Source of the DNA: Octopus vulgaris | Taxonomy: Eukaryota | Reading direction: 5' to 3' | Assembly: GCA_951406725.2 (NCBI GenBank) | Contig: OX597817.1 | Coordinates: 29,698,001 to 29,762,000 of the forward strand | DNA: 64,000 nt | Shown: piece by piece, positions 54,349-64,000 of the stretch | Layout of the letters: each line of letters begins with the position of its first letter | How positions within the stretch are numbered: position 1 is the first letter of the stretch | Made by a program: the position numbers and the translations under genes | Notes under the pieces: model-generated | Databases searched by the model: none | What the model was told of the DNA's origin: nothing | Seen by the model: the letters and a program-made list of their open reading frames with translations, nothing else

Positions 54349-54948
54349 GGCGGCGAGCTGGCAGAAACGTTAGCGCGCCGGGCGAAATGCTTAGCGGTAT
54401 TTCGTCTGCCGTTACGTTGTGAGTTCAAATTCCGCCGAGGTCGACTTTGCCTTTCATCCTTTCGGGGTCGATAAATTAAGTACCAGTTACGCACTGGGGT
54501 CGATGTAATCGACTTAATACCTATGGCTGTCCTTGTTTGTCCTCTCTGTGTTTAGCCCCTTGTGGGTAGTAAAGAAATAGGTATTTCGTCTGCCGTTACG
54601 TTGTGAGTTCAAATTCCGCCGAGGTCGACTTTGCCTTTCATCCTTTCGCGGTCGATAAAATAAGTACCAGTTACGCGCTGGGGTCGATGTAATCGACTTA
54701 ATACCTATGTCTGTCCTTGTTTGTCCACTCTGTGTTTAGCCCCTTGTGGGTAATAAACAAATAAGTATTCCGTCTGCCGTTACGTTCTGAGTTCAAATTC
54801 CGCCGAGGTCGACTTTGCCTTTCATCCTTTCGGGGTCGATAAAATAAGTACCAGTTATGCACTGGGGTCGATATAATCGACTTAATCAGTTTGTCTGTCC
54901 TTGTTTGTCCCCTCTATGTTTAGCCCCTTGTGGACAATAAAGAAAGAA
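54349..54948 (+). mobile_element. SINE family B: head plus three 184-bp tandem units
   Basis: Units start at 54397, 54581 and 54765; inserted in (GATA)n. Confidence 0.93.
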
Positions 54949-54984
54949 GATAGATAGATAGATAGATAGATAGATACAGCGGGA

Positions 54985-55365
54985 AACTTTTAGGCTCCGT
55001 CTACCAAACCCACTCAGAAGGCTCAGAAGGCTACATTAGAAGACACTTGCCAAAGGTACTACGCAGTGGGAATGAACCCAGAACCATGCGACCGAGAAGC
55101 AAACTTGTTACCACATAGTTATGCCTGTCCTTTTGTTTGTGTGTATGTGTGTGTGTCTTAGTGTCTGTCTTTGTCCCAGCCCCACCGCTCAATAACCGGT
55201 GATAGTGTGTTCATGTCCCCGTAACATAGCGGTTCGGCTAAAAGAAACTGATAGAATATGTACCAGGCTTTTAAAAAATAAGTAAGGAGATTTACACATT
55301 CAACTAAAAATTCTTCAAGGTGATACCCTAGCTTGGCCGCAGTTCAATAACTGAAACAAATAAAA
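54985..55365. mobile_element. Older SINE family A pieces (head on -, tail on +)
   Basis: ccgtctaccaaacccactca..agaagacacttgcc (minus), then tgtccccgtaacatagcggttcggc..actgaaacaaataaa (plus). Confidence 0.65.
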
Positions 55366-55725
55366 AATTATATATATATATATATAAATACAATCATACA
55401 TACATACATACATACATACATACATACATACATACATACATACATACATACATACATACATGTATAGGTGAAGTAAGAAAACTAGAAAGAGGAAAATATA
55501 AGCTGAGCGATCGGCTAGATGAAAGGACGAGCAAAATGTGATGGATAAAATGTGGCCACAGAAAATAATAATAAAAGTTGCATTGTGTTGGGAGCGGCAT
55601 ATCAAAGAATAGCTCCAACATTTCCTACACATGTCGTAAAAGACGACCTAAAGAGGTTGAGGTAGGATTTGCATTCTGAACTCCGACCTCGTAAAACTTA
55701 AACAGACTCATGCTGCAACGGTTCC

Positions 55726-56647
55726 GGATCTAGTCAGTTTGGATGCCAGCATCAATTCTGTTCGAATTGATTTCATATTCAGTGTAATGATATACTTTTA
55801 TCAGCTAATGAATGACGTGAAAATCATTTTCTCTATAAATCAACATATAAAGAGCTATTCGCAATTAAAGTTTGAAAATTTTGGTAATTTTAGCCAATTG
55901 TAAGCCACAGACACATTCATGCCAGTTACCATGGTAACAAGCGGAACATGAGAACCCTTTTGTCGGCGAGAAAGCACGTGTTGACAAATACATTGAAACC
56001 ACTTGTGTTACTTATCTGATGACAACTGAGCATGTGAATTTATCTAGCACAGGAGATATGCAAATTGATTGAATGCATTTTTAACTTTCGTTTTCAATGA
56101 ACTGGTCAACAAAATGATTTTTTTTTTAAATATTTAATTTGTAATGTGCTATTTTATTTTTAAATAAACCTTTTAAGTTCGTGCTATCGCATTAAATACA
56201 TATTGAATGCTTAAAACTACAAAAGACGTGTTGTTTACAAATATTGACGACACGTGCTATTTTCCGGATATTGACGTCACGTGCTATTTTCAGGATATTG
56301 ACGACAAGATGTGCAGTCACGCACAAAATGACAGCTTCCAAATCCTGTATCCTGACTGGGTGAAAATGATCAAACTTTAAACCTCTTTTATATTCTTTCT
56401 TTTTATGCTTTTATTTGTTTCAGTTATTTGACTGCGGCCATGCTGGAGCACCGACTTTAGTCGAGCAAATCGACCCCAGGACTTATTCTTTGTAAGCCTA
56501 GTACTTATTTTATCGGTCTCTCTTGACGAACCGCTAGCTACGGGGACGTAAACACACCAGCATCGGTTGTCAAGCGATGTTGAGGGGACGAATACAGAGA
56601 CACAAACACAGACACACACACACACGCACGCACACACACACACACAT

Positions 56648-56693
<46 letters not shown>

Positions 56694-57000
56694 GTGTGTG
56701 TGTGTGTGTGTATATATACGACGGGCGTCTTTCAGTTTCCATCTACCAAATCCACTCACAAGGCTTTGGTCGGCCCGAGGCTATAGTAGAAGACACTTGC
56801 CCAAGGTGTCACGCAGTGGAACTGAACCCGGAACCATGTGGTTGGTAAGAAAGATACTTACCACACAGCCACAACATTCTTCTGGAAAAAGTGAAACAAC
56901 TCCAGCAATTCAGCTTGGAAAAGTATATTACTGTGCCAAATACTAAAATTTTCGTTAGACTTCAATTTTTGAAATGGTGACAGCTAAACCAACTGGATCC
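55726..57000. mobile_element. Non-autonomous TIR element related to 12348-12983, interrupted by SINE A
   Basis: Termini ggatctagtcagtttggatg and cagctaaaccaactggatcc; shared internal segment gcagtcacgcacaaaatga..gcttccaaatc..ctgactgggt. Confidence 0.65.
56395..56871 (-). mobile_element. SINE family A
   Basis: Reverse-complement copy with an internal (CA)n(TA)n(TG)n tract. Confidence 0.9.
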
Positions 57001-57057
57001 AAAGTTTCATCCGTCACGAGTAGGAAATCACTAATAAATGATGGATGTAGCAACGCG

Positions 57058-57125
<68 letters not shown>

Positions 57126-57132
57126 GCTGCTG
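57058..57132. repeat. (CTA)n microsatellite
   Basis: Direct inspection of the sequence. Confidence 0.95.
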
Positions 57133-57333
57133 CGAAAATAGGAAACAGAAAAAAGTAGGCCCATATTTCGGCTGAACTATTTATGAAAATAGAATAAGAA
57201 ACACGATAAAAGAAACAAGAAAAGGAACGATACCTATTCGAAGCACGTGTGTGTCCTTCTGCTACATGCTGTAGAGTGTGTAGAATTTTCCCACGTCATA
57301 CATGCATACATACATACATATATACATACATAC

Positions 57334-57427
<94 letters not shown>

Positions 57428-58569
57428 CGTACATATATGCACACAAAAGCACATACATATTTTTAATATATATATCAATATACATATATGTGTGCGTGTG
57501 CGTGCGTGTATGTATGTGTGTATATGTATGTATATATGTATACACACATACACACACGCATATATGTGTATGAATGTATATATGTATGATAAGGAAATTG
57601 AGGTTTTGGTTATTATCTGTTTCAAAGAAAATATCTTGTGATGAAGTTTCGCTTTCAAAAACAGAATGTTATGATGTTTATCGAGTCTGTATCTACTAAG
57701 TTACATATATATATTTTTTTCTTTTTTAACTGTTTATGGGTGAGACAATATTTTATTACTCACGGACAGAAAAGTCAATTTAAAAATTAGTTGCTGTTGA
57801 GGATTGAACTTGTAAAAAGATCAATATATGATAAAGTTTTACACTATAACTTTACTTGATGAAAAATATTTCGTTAGAAAAATTGAGGTCTTGGTGCCAT
57901 CTTCGATAAAGGAGCATTTTATTCAAGATGGAATCGGAACTTCATTAATACAAAACAACACGGTTGTATGATTGATTAAACTATCGTGACATTTTGTACT
58001 AGCTATCAATGTGAGAATTTTAAGATAATTTATATTTTAAATATTCCCAAAAATACAGAGGCGTGTCTAGAGTGTGTGATCCCCAGGGTACCCCTTACGT
58101 TTTCCGCTTCCTGCTCCTATACAGTTTTAACAGTAGACCCCAAAGTATCGCTACTATAAAAGCATAAGCCGGAGAGAATCGTTTCCTCGCCTCCTAGCTA
58201 TGCTACAGTAAAAATGATTTGAACCTTTCACATTCAAACCGGCCATATTAAGCTAAAATATTTTACATGTTTATGTTCAAACTGACCAGTTCCAGCCTTT
58301 GCAATGCCATTCTAAGCACTCACATCATCGAAATCTCTAAACCACAAGATAATGAATACTTAATTTAAAACAACATAAATAAACAAACGACATTTGGCAG
58401 AATTATCTAAATAATAAAGGATTAGCTGTATGATCCACTATTAATCATTAATTAATTATCAATGGACCATCTATATATATCCCATAATTCCTTCTTATGT
58501 TATCGAAATTCTATATGGAATTTTATAATTTTTATCCCGCAATTTGAATATAACAAACATGTATGTACT

Positions 58570-59344
58570 GTTTACTTGAAGCTCAGGACTCAAAGCAGAG
58601 ACTGAAGGATTTTTAATTGCAGCACAAGACCAAAGCCTCCCCACCAGAAATTACCAAAAACATATAATGAAAAGAAACATAACAAGTAACTGCAGAATAT
58701 GTGGAGATGGATAAGAAACAATAAATCATATTACCTCTGGTTGCCTATTCCTGGCTAAGAAGGAATATATTCACAGACACGACAGTGTTGGGACCTACAT
58801 ACACTGGAAACTATGCCAACACTATGGAATAACAACAGAAAAAAAAGATAGTTTAAGCACGCACCAGAAGAGGTAACAGAAAATGAGAAAGTAACCATAC
58901 TATGGGATATGCCAATACACACAGATAGAGAAATTAAGGCCAATAAGCCAGGTATAGTTGTCAGAGATCACGAAGAAAAAAATGCTTTCTCATTGATGTA
59001 TCAATACCAACAGACGACGTTTCTCTAAAAGAAATGGAGAAACTTTCAAAACACACTGGCCTAGAAATAGAGGTAAATTGAATGTAGGGTTTAAAAACAA
59101 ACAATTCCTGTCATAGTGGGGGCATTAGGTATGATAAAAGATATTCAGATAAATACATAACAAAAACACCAGGACTTACAAATATGTATAACATACAGAA
59201 AATAGCACTACTAGTCACCGCACACATCCTACGTGAAACACTTATAACACATTAACCATAAGAGCATCACAGCAAACCACCGCACATACCCAAGGCACAC
59301 AGAGCTGCGCTCGGTAGTGAAAGCACGTTATAAAAATAAAACTA

Positions 59345-59347
<3 letters not shown>
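58570..59347 (+). mobile_element. 5'-truncated R4/Dong-clade LINE ending at (AAT)n
   Basis: SSGLKAETEGFLIAAQDQSLPTRNY; CCHC knuckle CRICGDG*ETINHITSGC; RHDSV; ILWDMPIHTDREIKANKPGIVV..LIDVSIP; IPVIVGALG; QKIALL.TAHILR. The 3' UTR abuts the (AAT)n run. Confidence 0.92.
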
Positions 59348-59422
<75 letters not shown>

Positions 59423-59894
59423 TTGGTATAAAAGATGGGCTACAGCAAATATTCTGCTCAATACCACAGATTTGCTTGTCAGTTGTTTGACCATAACCAG
59501 TTGAGCATGTCCCTTAGTGGCTGACGATATGTGCATCTCTGATCACGAGCAGAAGTAGTGGGGGAGCATCATAGCCATGTGTTGAGAAGGATTCTTTGGG
59601 GTTTGAATAATTCACCTCTGGAAACATGGGTGTTTCGTTCAACGTCCTTAAATAACCCTTATTCAGGGACCTTTTGAGCAGGATGGGTTACTCGATCTGA
59701 AGAAAATTCTAACTGGGCTCCACCTGCAAGGTCATGTGCTGTTTATCTTGATATGAGATCACCATGTCGCGCACATATGGTTGTGATGCATGTGCCTGGT
59801 GTACCCTTATCAGACGGGTAGTCATGATGGGTATACTGGGCTTCGTATATTTTACCCCAGTGTCACTTTGATGGCATGCACTCCTCTCTCACTC
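59423..59894 (+). mobile_element. (AAT)n-associated non-coding retroposon, 5'-truncated copy 1
   Basis: Matches 60870-61341; flanked by AAT repeats. Confidence 0.85.
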
Positions 59895-60107
59895 AATGAT
59901 AATAATAATAATAGGAGAGTACTATAGTTCACTTGAAGCATTGTGTATTGTTTGTAAAGAATAAAAAGTTTTGAATGGTACAACAATGCCCTATCATAAA
60001 GACAATGGACTATATACCTGTTGTAATTTAGTCATCCATAATCCGATATGATATTTCGGAATAAAATTCCTTCTTCAGATATTTTTAGTATATCTTTTTA
60101 TACATCT

Positions 60108-60344
60108 CTTATTCAGGGACCTTTTGAGTGGGATGGGCTACTCAACCTAAAGAAAATTCTAACTTGGTCCCACCTGCAAGGTCATGCGCTGTTTATCTTG
60201 ATATGAGATCACCATGTCACACACATATAGCTGTGATGTATGTGCTTGGCCTACCCTTATCAGATGGGCAGTCATGATGGGCATACTTGGCTTCTTATAT
60301 TTTACCCCAGTGTCGCTATAATGGCATGCACTGCCCTTTCACTC
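60108..60344 (+). mobile_element. (AAT)n-associated retroposon, 5'-truncated copy 2
   Basis: Matches the 3' ~237 bp of the element; same end cactc-aataat. Confidence 0.85.
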
Positions 60345-60352
60345 AATAATAT

Positions 60353-60570
60353 TTTTTTTCTTTACTGCCTACAAGGGGCTAAACATAGGACAAAATAGGA
60401 CAGACAATGGGATTCAGTCGATTACATCGACCCCAGTGCGAAACTGGCACTTTATTTATCGACCCCGAAAGGATGAAAGACAAAGTCGAACTCAGCGGAA
60501 TTTGAACTCAGAACGTAACGACAGACGAAATACCGCTAAGCATTTCGCCCGGCGCGCTAACGTTTCTGCC
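60353..60570 (-). mobile_element. SINE family B monomer
   Basis: Reverse-complement head and one body unit. Confidence 0.88.
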
Positions 60571-60692
60571 TCAATAATAATAGTTTTATTCCGAATATCA
60601 TATCAGACTATAGATGATTAAATTACAACAGGTATATAGCCCATTATTTGTATCATAGTACATTTTTGTACCATTCAAAACTTGTTATTCTT

Positions 60693-60765
<73 letters not shown>

Positions 60766-60787
60766 GTAATATAATAATAACAATAAT

Positions 60788-61341
60788 GCCCTGATGCACT
60801 ACCAGGCAGTGGTTACCGTGGCTTCTGATCTTAACTGATTGGAAGTGTTGTCATGTACATTGTTTTGTCTTGGTATGAAAGATGGGCTACAGCAAATATT
60901 CTGCTCAATACCACAGATTCGCTTGTCAGTTGTTTGACCATAACCAGTTGAGCATGTCTCTTAGTGGCTGACGATATGTGCATCTCTGTTCACGAGTAGA
61001 AGTAGTGGTGGAGCATCAGAACCATGTGTTTAGAGGAATTCTTTGGGGTTTGGATAATTCACATTTGGAAACATGGGTTTTTCGTTCAACATCCTTAAAC
61101 AACCCTTACTCAGGGACCTTTTAAGCGGGATGTGTTACTCAACCTGAAGAAAATTCTAACTGGGCCCCACTTGCAAGGTCATGCGCTGTTTATCTTGATA
61201 TGAGATCACCATGTCGCGCACATATGGCTGTGATGTATGTGCCTGACCTATCCTTATCAGATGGGTAGTCATGATGGATATACTGGGTTTCGTATATTTT
61301 ACCCCAGTGTCACTCTGATAGCATGCACTGCCCTCCCACTC
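60788..61341 (+). mobile_element. (AAT)n-associated non-coding retroposon, longest copy (about 555 bp)
   Basis: gccctgatgcactaccaggc...gcatgcactgccctcccactc between (AAT)n arrays. No long ORF and no clear Pol III boxes. Confidence 0.8.
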
Positions 61342-61372
61342 AATAATAATGAAAATAAAAATAATAATAATA

Positions 61373-61422
<50 letters not shown>

Positions 61423-61816
61423 AATAATAATAATAATAATAACAACAACAACAATAACAACAACAATAATAATAATAACAAAGACAATGACGATGATGAT
61501 GATGATGATAATGATGAGAACAACGATAATAGTAATGATAATAATAATAATGATAATGATAATCTTTTTGGTGTTAAATGTAAAAAGAAAAATGTTAAAG
61601 GAGCCAAATCAATGGTCTATTGATTTCTTCAGAGAAAAAGAAAAGAATGACTTTTTTTTTTAGTTTCTCAGTTTCATATTGGACAATAGATTAAATGCCA
61701 CTCTGGCATGACAAGCCTAGTGGCCATATGTTCTACCAGATTGCTTTGATCTTACATAACTGTCAACTTGAATATAACAAACATGTACTCTTTGCTTTTA
61801 TGTACTTTTATGTATG

Positions 61817-61849
<33 letters not shown>

Positions 61850-62504
61850 GTAAATGTATATAAAATATGTCAATGCGTTTGCGTATGTGCATGCGTGTTT
61901 GTATGTGTGTGTGTGTGTGTGTGCGTAGGTGGAGGCGTGGGTTCCCATTCACTTACACACATAAATATGAAAAATCCTGATTGGGAGATCGTAGTAACCT
62001 ATCATAAACAAACTTATTGTTACACAGACAAAGTAAAATTTTGTGTGCGTGTGTAAATGTTTGCATCTATGTATGTGTTTATGTATTCTCCTCTTTTAAT
62101 GCTTAACACTGTTGGATACGATGTTTTGTAAAATCTCTGAGATTTCTAGGAGAAAAGGTAAGAATGATCCTCAGATTAAACCATGGTGCAGAACGGAGTG
62201 AGCTAAACAGATACTTTAAATTGGATGATGAACAATGCCCTTTACCCACCAGCCGGTCTACACTGACGAACTTATCACATTATTTTTGTTTACTCAGTTT
62301 TTCTCACAAAGTTTAGGTCAGTCAGGTACTGTAGTAAAAACACTCGTTCAAATCCCGAACGATGTTGATCAGATCTAGTTCAAAAAGTTTGCCTTCATAC
62401 CTCTTTATACTTTGTTATGTTTGCACCCATTTCCCTGCAAAGTATTGTCTAATTCATGATATCAGGGATGCAGGCAACAATTAGGAAAGCTGATTCCCAA
62501 GACC

Positions 62505-62915
62505 CAGGCCCAGATCAAGAGCTATAAAGGCCTTAAGCACTTAAAAGCTTTTGGTATCTCCATATGTACATAATTCAAAATATAAACCTTAAAATAATAT
62601 TTTTTATTTTTCAAAATGAAACGAAAGCAGCAGTAAGATGGAAATAAGGTTTATTTTTGTATGCTTCAAATTTATATTTAGTCGAAAAGTTTTTCCTACT
62701 AGTTTTAAATGCTAAGTCTTTGATCAGATCCTCAAAATAATCACACGTAACACATCTGTTTCTATACTTAGTAGAGATAAGTTATCCTGAATACTATTTT
62801 AGCTAGTTTAAAGTGATTTGTTTTGTGCCGTATACCATTTACTATTTCTGCGATGTCTCTCTTCCCTTGATGTCCTAAGTACGTACTTATTTTACTTAAT
62901 GGTTAATCTGGCGCG
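62505..62915 (-). mobile_element. hAT deletion derivative
   Basis: Termini caggcccagatcaa and ttaatctggcgcg. Minus strand encodes LSLLSIETDVLRV and FEDLIKDLAFKTSRKNF, resembling the hAT C-terminal dimerisation domain. Confidence 0.7.
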
Positions 62916-63611
62916 ACCCTGGAACCACTAAAAAGCCAGCGCAAGAAGTTTCACTAAACTAGCTTCTAGTAACAGAAACCTGACCACCATTTCTGTACTG
63001 AAGGATGCTAGTAGATTTTAGTATTTTAGCACAAAGTTGTCTCTGCTTGAGCAGACGTATGATTAAAATCATCCCAATGATAATCATCATCTTTTTTGCC
63101 AGGCATCATTTATCTAATGCTATATGATCCGTTGACTGAATAATTTGATAGATCGGGGAATCATACAGAAGCATTTTTTTTTTATTATTTGTGAAATGGA
63201 GGCAATGTACATATATTTAAGATCAGAATATTTTGCAAGACTCGTAACCAAATTCAGTTATCTAAAACAAACACAATATTGCTGATAAATTTAAATCGCC
63301 CCCAACCCACCACTACTAATTTCTCGGCATAAATGCTGTAATGATTTAGGCACGAATTAGAACAATTGGTTGCCTAAATCATTAGCTGTTATCAAGTTCC
63401 ATTTATTCTCACCAATCTACAGAGCAACTATAGATTATAGTTCGTAGAACGGCTGCTTTATTTAAAGCGTAATTTTCGAATTCGTTTCTAGTTGGCAACT
63501 GTTAAATTTTCACTTTTCACAAATCACAGCATGAATATTGAAACATTCAGTATACTAAAGTATATACACGGAAAGTAAGTAATTCAGTATAATGAAGTAT
63601 ATTTGTAGTTG

Positions 63612-63760
63612 TGCTTGGCCTAGTGATTAGGATGTTGAACTCACTATCATAAGATCGTAGGTTCGATTCTTAGACTGGACAGCACGATATGTACCTCAGA
63701 AATTCATTTTAACTTGCACTGATTCAGGCTACACAACTGAAAATGCGTAGCAACTAAGTG
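63612..63760 (+). mobile_element. Decayed tRNA-SINE head (family D-like)
   Basis: tggcctagtgattagg (box A) and ggttcgattct (box B). Confidence 0.5.
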
Positions 63761-64000
63761 ATGATGCCGCCTACTATTTGTTTTCTCTCACTTCAGTAAT
63801 CACATCCATAACGTTCCTTAGAGCCAAGGGTAAGAAGGTTGAGAAGAATATTGTCTATGTTAGTTCGCAACTACACATAAAATATGTAGCAAAAGCATAC
63901 TAAGGTAAAAGAAAAAATTTGTCACAAAAAAAAAATTAGAAAGCCAACAGCAAGAGAAAATTATTCATTTCACCATAAGTTGTTTCTATTTCACTTTAGT

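Noticed and set aside
54397-54948. Regular tandem repeats that might suggest a CRISPR array
   Set aside because: The units are whole 184-bp SINE bodies with no unique spacers; there are no cas genes and the context is eukaryotic.
55600-55660. tgtcgtaaaagacgacctaa hairpin reminiscent of structured RTE 5' ends or HDV-like ribozyme P4
   Set aside because: I could not build the P1-P3 nested pseudoknot; too degenerate.

Overview
AT-rich eukaryotic, repeat-saturated DNA with no intact protein-coding gene. Almost every ORF in the track is a translated microsatellite ([16 protein letters not shown]). The mix of (TA)n/(CA)n/(TACA)n/(GATA)n/(AAT)n arrays and tRNA-derived SINEs looks like an octopus (coleoid cephalopod) genome, probably a long intron or intergenic region; this is inference from repeat style, not a database match. 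Content: about 12 copies of a microsatellite-containing tRNA SINE (family A), 6 loci of a SINE with a 184-bp tandem body (family B), SINEs with swapped 3' tails, several Tc1/mariner relics (one full-length, one internally deleted), hAT MITEs, a probable solo LTR, and CR1-like, RTE, R4/Dong and Penelope-like (PLE) relics. Family letters are my own labels. Most notable: (1) several short elements, mostly beside (TA)n arrays and some in fold-back form, carry minimal hammerhead-ribozyme motifs, including a canonical one at 43927-43978 and a U3:A8 compensatory variant at 50726-50762; (2) a ~555-bp non-coding retroposon occurs three times, ending at (AAT)n, next to an R4/Dong LINE; (3) a candidate recursive splice site lies at 20196/20197 and a candidate 64-nt exon at 34195-34258, both on the + strand.
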